Origin: Candidatus Spongiisociaceae bacterium
GTDB taxonomy: Bacteria; Actinomycetota; Acidimicrobiia; Spongiisociales; Spongiisociaceae
Reading direction: 5' to 3'
Length of the DNA: 64,000 bases
NCBI GenBank assembly: GCA_965262915.1
Contig: OZ253564.1
Span: 2,272,001-2,336,000 of the forward strand
The first letter of the stretch is position 1; the number at the start of each line of letters is the position of its first letter. A program made the position numbers and the translations under genes. Of the stretch, positions 32,301-42,775 are shown piece by piece. The notes below the pieces were generated by a model. That model searched no databases. It had not been told where the DNA came from and was given only the letters and a program-made list of their open reading frames with translations.

Positions 32301-33516
32301 CCTAGATCGTGTCACAGGAAACGACGACCTCGTATCCAACATCAGACTCAGATTGCTTGAAGCCTTTCCGACACGACTCCCGAACAAACAAATGCAACTC
32401 CTCGACGATCTACTGGAAAAGACCCTCCGGTACGTCGACAACACCAGGGTCACACCGATAGCCAAAAAGAAGCTGACCATGAGAAGCCTGAGCGTCGCTC
32501 AGCGGGTCAGGTGGATGACAGTAGATGCATTACTATCGGGCGGACAACATACACAACAGTTCCGAGCCTACGTCGGAGCAAACGAGAGGCGGATCCGGCA
32601 CCTAGCAGAGTTCCTCCACCACACTTCGGTACACACCGCCCGTGAAACGATCCTCCGGGACAGCCGCGACTCGGAACTACTTGTCAACCTAGTCGAGATG
32701 CTAGGACGCTCCTACGGCCCGCAGGACCTAGACGGGCAAGTCACCGTAGAGAAAAGCACATCCGACCTTATTGGCGGCCTGATCAGCCAGCTAAGCGCAG
32801 CTGCGGACTCCGAAGCTCGCCACGGGCTGGCCAGACTGGTCGCCGACCCACAGCTCCGACGGTGGAACAACCAGCTGACCTGGGCTCAGGAAAAGCAATG
32901 GATCGTTTACCGCGACGTCTCCTACAGCCACCCCAACATCAGGCAGACACAGCGAGCTCTCGGCAACCGGGCACCGGCGAACGCAGCCGACCTCGCCGCA
33001 CTTCTCCGCGATCGGCTCAAGGACATCGCCGACCACATACGCGGTGACAACACCAACCCGTGGCGGCAATTCTGGAACGAAGACCCCCATGGCCGCCTGA
33101 TCGAAGGTAAGCCGGAAAACTCTTGCCGCGACGTACTGCTCGAATCCCTCAAGGAGCGCTTACCCCAAGGCGTCGATGCAGCACCCGAAGGCAGCTACGC
33201 AGCCGACAAACGAGCCGACATCCGCACGACCTTCGACCGGTTCAACGTCCCAACCGAGATCAAGAAAAACGCTCACCGCGACCTCTGGAGTGCCATACGC
33301 AGCCAGCTCATCGACCAGTACACAACCGATCCGGAGACATCCGGGTACGGGATATACCTTGTCCTCTGGTTCGGAGCCAACCAGACACAAAGACCACCGA
33401 ACGGGACGCGACCGAACACCCCCGACGAATTAGCCCAACAACTCGAGAACGAGCTAACAACCGACGAAACACGCAAGATCACAGTAATCGTGATAGATGT
33501 CACCAAGCCCAGTTGA
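29362..33516 (+). CDS. NACHT/STAND NTPase with C-terminal restriction-fold nuclease (Avs-like candidate)
   Basis: LLGDPGAGKTT, LFIDGLDE, SCR, NPL; C-terminal E..KRADI..EIKK..GIYLVLWFG; ATGA overlap with the upstream gene. Confidence 0.8.
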   Translation: MSLIVDRTCTEIEMDSDGLVRLGDSKPLGGFRSTPAYVLLGDPGAGKTTEFGREAEMMAASGERAEYVKARDFVTLHIDSHPEWHGSVLFIDGLDEIRSGLVDSRPPLDEIRSRLEQLRPLGFRVSCREADWLGHNDRQNLAVVSRDSRITVVRLDPLDHKAVGQMLAQEIPDSEIQDFIENALSWDIWDLLENPLTLQLLVAAISQEGGWPQSRRETFEMACEKSATEQNQEHLIPATSESSTALMNAAGYLCALQLLSGLEGYSLQPGLHDPSFWALGDLDETVLPIPKPRLRRALATRLFTADDETGFLPRHRQLAEFLGGRYLAKLVKDGLPARRVTALMTAPSDGRVATALRGLSAWLAAHSAEARSLLIDSDPVGVGLYGDISGFSTRHKKHLLTSLATFATQGALLGYGWRRLPNGGYGDETAWAFRSLVSEEMVPALEDLLKRSGDEPTTDRVLEFVLQVLSNAENTDLGRLETLVPEVEAILWDPGRPSRIRQAALEAYIRVAPPGDTKTLRLRVVLDAVHNRTIPDPDDQLAGTLLRHLYPNDLPPAEVWQYAGPRNSHRDMRSFWGFWDRVLLRKSSHEQIAGLLDALYENSSDIVPVLQDSGFEDLPVRLLAQGLRAIGDDIHLSRLYQWLTATVPPLRWRRTADEDVDYVRTWLEDRPQIQKAMVLGRLKPNDNPYRFASYRGYAGDVLHNSRLPADFGIWCLDQAIQVAATDPDLSQTLLKESFYSLRDPKISRGLTLELMQERVSGLAALERQLQELDASQSSATSANRDAPWRKEMEELREQQLKETKKRRDDWAHHLRTQETELRANTFPPHNLHYLALVCLAEGSGVYPSPPDRIEDLVGDDRRLVEAVMAALRGGLWRDDVPDLDETISLRSQAKMPYLAHPVLASMDLLFHEPDHERSIDRAQMRRALGIYYHWGQLARDAQACHDAWLQQDPDLVFDVLYRCAVAALRNGDETLPGVYDLDRVTGNDDLVSNIRLRLLEAFPTRLPNKQMQLLDDLLEKTLRYVDNTRVTPIAKKKLTMRSLSVAQRVRWMTVDALLSGGQHTQQFRAYVGANERRIRHLAEFLHHTSVHTARETILRDSRDSELLVNLVEMLGRSYGPQDLDGQVTVEKSTSDLIGGLISQLSAAADSEARHGLARLVADPQLRRWNNQLTWAQEKQWIVYRDVSYSHPNIRQTQRALGNRAPANAADLAALLRDRLKDIADHIRGDNTNPWRQFWNEDPHGRLIEGKPENSCRDVLLESLKERLPQGVDAAPEGSYAADKRADIRTTFDRFNVPTEIKKNAHRDLWSAIRSQLIDQYTTDPETSGYGIYLVLWFGANQTQRPPNGTRPNTPDELAQQLENELTTDETRKITVIVIDVTKPS

Positions 33517-33559
33517 GTGTCCTAGCTAGGAAGGCAATCCGTTCACGCGGATAGCCGAT

Positions 33560-33651
33560 TGTCAGTTCGCGTTGTAGTTGGCGAGGAAACACCCCATTCG
33601 CCAGGGTTTTGGGACAGAAGTGGCGACTGACGTCCCATTGAAGTTGGCGAA
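33560..33651. mobile_element. second (nested) Tn7-like left end
   Basis: TGTCAGTTCGCGTTGTAGTTGGCGAGGAAA with internal sites at +37 and +72, the same spacing as the end at 25721. Confidence 0.75.
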
Positions 33652-33839
33652 AACGGAGAACTCCCTACATGAGTCTGACGGATCGATAGGTTATAGATGT
33701 GTCACTTGTAGTATACGGGATAGTAGATGTTAACAGATAGAAAAGATAGGGTAGAGCCGACCGTCGTATGATCTCATCCGGGGAATCCGCTATCTCGAGG
33801 TTAAGGGTCGACAAGTAGGCGGAGCGCGCTACGGCCGCG

Positions 33840-34552
33840 GTCAGCCTGAGAGCTTGGTAGGGGTGACCAAGCCCGGTGTTTCGGCGTTGAGTATTCCGGA
33901 ACGTCTCCTGAGACGCTTTCTGTCCTCCGGGGTCAACTGCTCACGGATTACGGTGGGTTGTTCGAGAAGGCTCAGGAGTAGTGCCAGATCGCTTCGCTGC
34001 GCGTGGGGTAGGTCGTCGGCGTCGACCGCGGCGGCTTTAATGATGATCGCGCCCAGCAGCGATGGTCGAGGGACCAGACCCCTCGGAATCGCCAGCGACG
34101 ATGGGTAACAACTCGGTCCGAGCTAGGGCCTGGGTGCCTCCCGGAACCTGCAGAGTACGCCCCGGCGGGGTAGTGGTGATGTCTGTTCTAGGTCCAAGAC
34201 CCTCGGGTGCCAACACATCGAGGCTGACTCGGCCACTGTGATAACGGTGGGCCAGCCCTTCGGGCGACGCGCCAGCGAGCACGAATCCTCGACCTTGGAT
34301 GGCTCGGACGAATTCGCGGACGCCGCCCGTGACGACCCGTGCGTTCACTAGCACATCCAGATCAGAGGACACTCGCACTGGTTCGACGTCGCTTTTGATG
34401 GCGTGGACGAACACCATTTGGCCCCCGATGAGGGTCCACCCCTGAGGCCGCAGGTCAGCGAGTTCAAGGAGGGATCCCTAAAGGCTGTGCTTATAACCCG
34501 CCAGGATCGGCAACTGGACAGGCTCCCGGTCGAGTACCGGCCAGCGGATCAC
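33840..34552 (-). pseudogene. nucleotidyltransferase toxin (AbiEii/MenT-like), disrupted
   Basis: WTLIGGQMV..SSDLDV motif; in-frame TAG at 34478-34480 and a frameshift near 34075. Confidence 0.7.
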
Positions 34553-35214
34553 AGCAGTTGCAGGAGTTGGGTGGCGGCCCGCCGGGACCGGTCATCATCG
34601 GCTTCGAGCAAGTCGACAGCCACGATTGCCGGTGGCGCAACCTCGTCACTGGGATCGAAAGGCCAGAGCCGGTCCGCCACGACCCGCAGAGCAACGTTTG
34701 GTCGCTCGGGGTCTTCGTCTAGAGCGTACCGACTGGCAAGGGCAGGCAACGCGGCGGCTGGGGCATAACCCTCGAACTGGTCCGTTGCCACTATGTCGAG
34801 CCGGTAGTAGGCCGCCGCACTGATACCCGAGGGGACGACATCCGATTGCGCCCCAAGGAGTGGAAGGATGGAAGGGTGAGCGTAGAAGGAGCGCAACGTG
34901 GCACGTACCGCCAACTGTACGAGAAGATGTTCCAGTCCCGCGTCGAGACGACGGCGAGCTCGGGAACGCTGGGAGGGAGACAGGGCGGTATCCCGGCCGC
35001 AAGCAACAGCCAACAGCGCCCACGCCGACTCCGGCTGCCATGGCCTACCCGCAGTGGCGCGATACTGTCTCAGGGGCTCGAGGGCGCTGGGATCAATGAC
35101 CCATGTCCTCCCAACTCGCTGACCCCTGATGGTTCCGCGAGCGAGCATCTGCCGAACCCGGCGACGACTGACGCCCAGTTCGGTTGCCGCATCGGCTACC
35201 CCTAACAAATCCAT
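34549..35214 (-). CDS. HTH antitoxin of a type IV (AbiEi/MenA-like) TA system
   Basis: N-terminal HTH_17 (AATELGVSRRRVRQM); C-terminal VAVDLLEADDDRSRRAA; overlaps the toxin start. Confidence 0.7.
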   Translation of the reverse strand: MDLLGVADAATELGVSRRRVRQMLARGTIRGQRVGRTWVIDPSALEPLRQYRATAGRPWQPESAWALLAVACGRDTALSPSQRSRARRRLDAGLEHLLVQLAVRATLRSFYAHPSILPLLGAQSDVVPSGISAAAYYRLDIVATDQFEGYAPAAALPALASRYALDEDPERPNVALRVVADRLWPFDPSDEVAPPAIVAVDLLEADDDRSRRAATQLLQLL

Positions 35215-35523
35215 AACGATATAGTACTACTACCGGAAGTATTATGTCATCCATGGTCGCTTTGGCCACATGTAACGCTGTTATGAAAGATCTTCACTAG
35301 GCGACCGGCCCTCGACAGCCTGAAAAACGTATCGGACGAATCAACAGTAACGGTCCTGTAACAGCCGGTCGACGTTCCTACCCAACCACGAATCCAGATC
35401 GTGGTGGTGTGGAATGAATGATCTCCGGTGTGTCAGTTCCACATGCGATAGTTGGGTTCGTGGAAGAAGTCGCCGTGTGTGGTGGCTGCGACATCGGTGG
35501 CAAACGTCGGATGGAGTTTTGAG

Positions 35524-35790
35524 ATGGGAGGCCACGACCAGGAGCAATTGACGGATGAGAAACATGTCCGGCTTGCCAGAGAGATGCACGAGCGTTGGCA
35601 GCGGGGTGAGCCGAAGTCTCGTCTTGAGATCGAGTACTGGGGCAAGGGCACCGCTCACGGGAAGGCATTCTCCGGGTATGTCAGGCGGTGGCTAGGGATC
35701 GAGACCGAACGGCAGCCAAGCCAGAGCGCAAGAATTGCCAACTTGGAGGCCCTGTTGCGAGCAAATGGGATCTCACCCACGGAAGCGGGT
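35524..35790 (+). pseudogene. N-terminal fragment of a DUF3644-associated protein
   Basis: Ends in LEALLRANGISPTEA, nearly identical to the start of the 23661 fragment. Confidence 0.5.
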
Positions 35791-35795
35791 CAACC

Positions 35796-35875
35796 TCAGT
35801 CAACGGTGTCGACTCGCACCCCCCTCACGCGAACACCCGACAAGTGCAGACGAACAGACATAACATCAGACATCG
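35796..35875 (-). pseudogene. ISL3-like transposase N-terminal relic
   Basis: RBS AGGAGG followed by MSDVMSVRLHLSGVRVRGVRVDTVD; truncates the opposite gene. Confidence 0.35.
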
Positions 35876-36071
35876 AGGCCTCCTGGGACCGGCGAATTTG
35901 GTAACTCACCGATTCCAGCGAGGCCTCACCCCTACGGTTATCGCGACTTCGCCAGGGTTTTGGGACGTCTCGCCAGGGTTTTGGGGTTCTTCGCCAAAGT
36001 TTACGGATTTCGCCAACTTGAACGGGATCGGACAACAACTTGAGGTTGTGATCGGTTCCCTCGAAGCTACA

Positions 36072-36099
36072 ACTTTACATAACGTGCATTATGGGACAT
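36072..36099 (-). other. dif-like XerC/XerD recombination site
   Basis: ATGTCCCATAA-TGCACG-TTATGTAAAGT: 11-6-11 layout with CATAA/TTATG inner palindrome and a XerD-like arm. Confidence 0.8.
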
Positions 36100-36141
36100 C
36101 CCAGGAGGCCGGGATAGCTGCCCGTGAGTGCCCGGTTTGGC

Positions 36142-36444
36142 TTATGGGAGGATGCTGTGGTCGCCGCAGCGGTGCCACACGACGTGTCGTGTCCCGATTC
36201 TGAGGGGTTGGTCCCATGAGAATGTTGCGCGTCCGTCGGGTGCCCAGGTCATCTCGTAGAGGCCCGTTACCCCGCGTACTCGTTTGACGCGTAGCCCGGG
36301 TCGGAACCATGTCTGTTTGCCTGCTTCGATTGAGCGTAGATCGGCGATGAATTGGGAAAGAGCGGCTTCGAGCCGCTTCTCCTGCGTGTTTGTGAGCCGT
36401 CCGTAGTCGCGCAGGAACGTAGGCGTTTCTTCATGTGTCGGCAT
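36142..36444 (-). CDS. RelE-like toxin
   Basis: FLRDY..L..PGLRVKRVRGVTGLYEMTWAPDGRATF..WHRCGDHSIL. Confidence 0.7.
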   Translation of the reverse strand: MPTHEETPTFLRDYGRLTNTQEKRLEAALSQFIADLRSIEAGKQTWFRPGLRVKRVRGVTGLYEMTWAPDGRATFSWDQPLRIGTRHVVWHRCGDHSILP

Positions 36445-36456
36445 CCGGGGAGTCGG

Positions 36457-36645
36457 CTAGTCGCCAGCCCCAGGAGTTCTCCGCGATTGGAGACACGCGA
36501 GGAACTCCTCGTCCGATGCGTGCAGGTGGCGTTGGCCCGCCTCGGAGTTGTCGGTCGGGTCGTGGTATTTGCCTGTGTCTGCGTCTATATTAGCGAGGGT
36601 CATCGTGGGTTCTTGGTCGATGCCGATCACAGGTGTAGGACTCAT
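36457..36645 (-). CDS. putative antitoxin, possibly degenerate
   Basis: Small gene upstream of the toxin with RBS GGGAGG; HASDEEFLACL tail. Confidence 0.45.
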   Translation of the reverse strand: MSPTPVIGIDQEPTMTLANIDADTGKYHDPTDNSEAGQRHLHASDEEFLACLQSRRTPGAGD

Positions 36646-37068
36646 GAATCGACCCTCCCCTTTCGCGGTTGCTTCCTAGAGTCTACTTCCGCAACGGCGA
36701 AGGTGGACCAGGGAGAGACACATCTACGGGCCAGGAACCATCCTCGGGCTTGTCAGTGCCGGTCGCTCCGTCAATCAACCCAACCCGGTTCCTGTTCGGA
36801 AACGCCGGGTCATCGCGGTCGGCTAAGTAACCGTCGCACCCGTTGTTACCCCAGGTGAGCACCTATCCGCGCACCCTCTAAGCCTGAATCCACCGATTCA
36901 TGTTCCGAAAACCAATCCTGACCAGGGCGATCTCCGGGATCCACCACTCACAGGAAGTTGTTCCTCTTCCCAGGACCGAACCATCCTTACCAATAGCTAT
37001 CGCCGCAGATCAGGAGGCATTTCCACCATATCCCCATGTCCGCTGCGCCCTCCCATCGGTGGATTCGG

Positions 37069-39429
<2,361 letters not shown>

Positions 39430-39987
39430 GCTAACTCCTCGAGGCCCCTCCATCACAACCCCGACTGCGTCCACCGCGTCACCACCACACGGCGGGCGGG
39501 TCATGCACGGCACAATCGCGTTGCCCCATGCCTCTGAAGATGACCGTGTGCTCCATCAGCCTATGTATTGCGCCCACGCGTTCACAAACACGCGGCGCCG
39601 TGCAAGTCTGGTTGAACATGTGGGGCAATCGGTTCTGAAGTTCGATCATCATGTGCTGGAGGCGCCTAGCCGTGTGGGGCATGTTGAGCGGCGTGGCGGT
39701 ACCGGGATCGAAAGTGATCAGTTCGAGGGTCGTGTTACCGGCCACGTGTGTTCCTGGCAGTCACATCTGTACTTCCCACCCGAGATCGGTAGCCCGGACA
39801 TCTCTTCGACAAGCCCGACTCCAAAGGGGGTGTGGTCGGTACGAATGCGGGTACACCATGCCTTACCTAGCCTGATCATCTCCTCGTTCTCAAGGCCGAT
39901 CGATAGGGCATCCTCGTACCCATCCCTCATCGACGAACCCCTCTAACCGTTGTGTCCGTCCAAGGCAACATGGTTCTGTTGGAGCGG

Positions 39988-41100
39988 TCACATCTGTTCG
40001 ACGTAGCTGGCGGCGATGTGTTCGGGCGGGTTGGTGTAGCGGGCGATGTAGCGTTGCGAGCGGTGGCCGAGGCGTCGTTCGAGTTCGTAGGGGTCGGCGT
40101 TGGTGGCTTGGGCGAGTTGGAACGCGAACGTGTGGCGGAGGTCGTGGGGTCGGAGTGGGCTTATCTGACGTTCAGGGTCCGTGTGTTCAGCGTCGTGGAG
40201 ACGGCCGATGCGTTCGAGGATCGTGTTGACACTGCGTCCGGAGAACCGCCCGTCGGGCGGCGGCTGCTCACTGATACGGCGGACAGGAACAATGCGGTGG
40301 AATCGGCGTCGGCCGGTCGTTCCACCTCCAGGTAGTCGGCTAGGGCACGGCGTGCGTCGATGGACAGGAACACTGTGCGCTGGGTTTTCCCCTTGCCCCG
40401 AACACCCACGATCCGGGCACGGCGGGCGGAACGCAGCAGTGCTGGTTGGGACGGTTGACCTGGTCGACGTCAAGCAGCACAAGTTCTTGGCGTCGGAGTC
40501 CGGTGGACAGCAGTAGGAACACGATGGCACGATCGCGGATAGGGCGGCTGTGGCCATGACGCTTCGGTGGAGCCCCTCTCCCCCGCCGCCGGCCCCTACG
40601 TTGGCTGTATCTTTCGAGCCGGTCGCATAGGTTCTTGAGTGATCTCACCTGCGCCTCGGTGAGGCTTCGCGGTTCCAACGGTGGCAGGGGCAACACGCCG
40701 ACATCCGTGGAAGGGTTCCCGGTCGCAAACAGATCAGACGCTTGCGCGCTCACCCAGGTTGTGAATCCCACCAGCGACGCCACATGGTTGTTGACAGTGG
40801 CCGGAGCTAACTTCTCAGCGAGGCCACGCTGCCAGTCGACCACGTCAAGGCGGCCAACTGTGGAGATCCGCTCATGGCCGTACACGTCGACGAAGAAAGC
40901 CCGGAAACGGTCGAGCGAGGTGCAGATCGATCTTGGCCGCGACCTGTGGAGAACGCACACCCTCTACCACGAGGGGTTCGTAGCGATCCACCCACACTGG
41001 GAGGCTGTCGGGAGTCGAATCCAAACCGTTCGCGCCACGATCGAGTCGGGTGGCATTATCTTCACGGCGAGACAAGGGTGGAGGAGCAACCGAAGCGGTT
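39988..41100 (-). pseudogene. tyrosine recombinase with three frameshifts
   Basis: RDRAIVFLLLSTGLRRQEL, RGKG, PHDLRHTFA and LGH..RY spread over four frames. Confidence 0.85.
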
Positions 41101-41124
41101 CGCATCCGGTAGTGGCAGCAGCGA

Positions 41125-41616
41125 TCAGGAGGCCGATGCCTCCAGTTCCGCCAACAGTTCCTCGATCCGGCTGGTGCTGAACAGGGTCGGACCGTCACCC
41201 ACCCTGTTGCCTAGCTCGTCGAGCAGCCAGAACTGGGACCAGTGCCTGATTCTGTAGTGCCTTGTTACCCAAGGGGAACGATCCCGCAGGATGGTGAAGG
41301 TGAACCCGAAGTGTGCCACGAAGGCATTGACGTCGGAGGAAGTGCCCTGGCCGTTGATGCCTATTACCGTGACCCGGTGGCTGTTTTGTCGAGCGAACTG
41401 CTCGACAGTCGGCGCATCCGCCTGGCAGGTCGGTCAGTAAGGCGACCAGAACCACAGGAGGAGGGCTTTGTCGCCGGTCACGAACGAGCGGAGGTTGACC
41501 GATTCGGTGGTTGACAGGTCGATCAGGTCCATGTTGGGTACATCGTCGCTGATCACGATCGCTTCGGCCGCCTGCTCCTTCAGCCCGAGCAGGGCTCGGT
41601 GGAGGAAGGTGGCCAG
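41125..41616 (-). CDS. TlpA/redoxin-like candidate selenoprotein (UxxC) preceded by the tail of an SLH domain; 5' truncated
   Basis: Reads LATFLHRAL...LLLWFWSPY-TGA-PTCQADAP...VIGIN...F..L.D...FWLLDELG. The TGA at 41434-41436 sits at the first Cys position of the CxxC motif. Confidence 0.7.
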
Positions 41617-41628
41617 GCTTCCGGTAGC

Positions 41629-41647
41629 GTTTGCCTAGTAGGCAAAC
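41629..41647. promoter_or_regulatory. palindromic operator upstream of the ABC permeases
   Basis: GTTTGCCTA-G-TAGGCAAAC. Confidence 0.55.
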
Positions 41648-42656
41648 AGAAGGGTGGCGAGCGCACTCGTCGCGTGGGCGAATCCAAAACCACGAGGACG
41701 ACGAAGAGGTACAGCCCAGGTTCGATGTTCTCGAGGTAAGAGCGGCGGCGCGCCGAGAAAGGCGGCGCTGCCAGGTCTCCTACGTCATCTATCTGGTTCT
41801 GGGGATAATTCTCTTTCTGCTGTTCTGGCAGTTGTTAGCCGCGCCCTTCTCGCCCCTTTTCTCTTTCATCCCGACGCCGATTAACACCGTCACCCATTTC
41901 GGAAACAACTTGTTATTCAGCGAGCCGATGATGCGGCGGTTTGTTCACGCCTGTCCGGAGCTGGTGGAGCAGTTGGAGTTCAAAAGGGGTAGGATGTCCG
42001 AACTCCCTGATCACTGTCTTGGGTACACTCTCCATCTGTTGTGGACCACCCGCAATATCCTGATTGCAGTTGCGCTGGGGACGGTCATCGGCTTGGGGGT
42101 TGGACTGAGCAGTCTGCTCTTACCGTGGATTGCCGATATGGTCACTCCAGTAGCCGGTTTTTTCGGGACTATCCCTATCTTTATGGTGGCACCCTTCTTC
42201 GTGATCTGGTTCGGGATCGAGCATCCCTTGTTGGCCACCATCGGGCTTGTCGCCTTCTATACCACCCTTCTCATGTATTTCTTCAGCCGCCGGGCGGCCC
42301 AAAATATACCGGTGGAGATCATTGAAGCGGCCCTCACTAGGGGAGGAGACCGCCGCACTATGTTCCAATGGGTTTATTTGCGGGGAACGATTCCAGAGAT
42401 CGCGGGAGGTCTTCGTATCACTTTGGGAGGAGCTTGGGGTTTGGGGACGCTGATGGAGGTGCTGGGATCACAGATGGGAGGAGGATTCCTGATCCGCATG
42501 TGGAGTCACGCGGCGGGCCTTTCGGAGGGGCCGACCGGGATGGTCTCCCTGATCCTGTTCTTCGGCGTGCTGGCTGTGGTAGTCGACGGGATCCTGGTAC
42601 TGGTAATACGTTCATTCACCGGATGGTCCGAGGCAGGTCGCCGGCTGGGTTTGTAG
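41631..42656 (+). CDS. ABC permease (SsuC/TauC-like); start uncertain
   Basis: TM helices, P..IWFG, EAALTRGG loop, PEIAGGLR. Confidence 0.8.
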   Translation: MPSRQTEGWRAHSSRGRIQNHEDDEEVQPRFDVLEVRAAARRERRRCQVSYVIYLVLGIILFLLFWQLLAAPFSPLFSFIPTPINTVTHFGNNLLFSEPMMRRFVHACPELVEQLEFKRGRMSELPDHCLGYTLHLLWTTRNILIAVALGTVIGLGVGLSSLLLPWIADMVTPVAGFFGTIPIFMVAPFFVIWFGIEHPLLATIGLVAFYTTLLMYFFSRRAAQNIPVEIIEAALTRGGDRRTMFQWVYLRGTIPEIAGGLRITLGGAWGLGTLMEVLGSQMGGGFLIRMWSHAAGLSEGPTGMVSLILFFGVLAVVVDGILVLVIRSFTGWSEAGRRLGL

Positions 42657-42775
42657 GCAAGGAGGAACTATGTCAACTGTTGTGAGCTTTGAGAACCCGT
42701 GGTGTGTGGCTGAGCGCCGATCGGGGACGTTGGCCTGGCCTATTCGCGTGTGACCGAGGAGGAGGTGACGACGGT

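Larger units (their letters stand above)
25721..36034. mobile_element. non-autonomous Tn7-like transposon (10.3 kb)
   Basis: Terminal IRs TGTCCGATCCCG-N4-AGTTGGCGA. Three spaced sites at the left end; four tight sites at the right end (35948, 35969, 35990, 36009). Flanks are ACAGC and ACAAC. Confidence 0.75.

Noticed and set aside
35260-35292. Second dif-like site (..ATGTAA CGCTG TTATGAAAGAT)
   Set aside because: The spacer is only 5 bp and the XerC arm is poor.
35948-36034. TTCGCCAGGGTTTTGGG repeats as a CRISPR array or plasmid iterons
   Set aside because: There are no unique spacers, cas genes or rep gene. The repeats end in TGT/ACA termini with a 5-bp flank, which fits transposon ends.
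39988-41100. Tyrosine recombinase as xerC/xerD or as the active enzyme for the dif-like site
   Set aside because: It is broken by three frameshifts and lies outside the transposon ends; nothing links it to the site.
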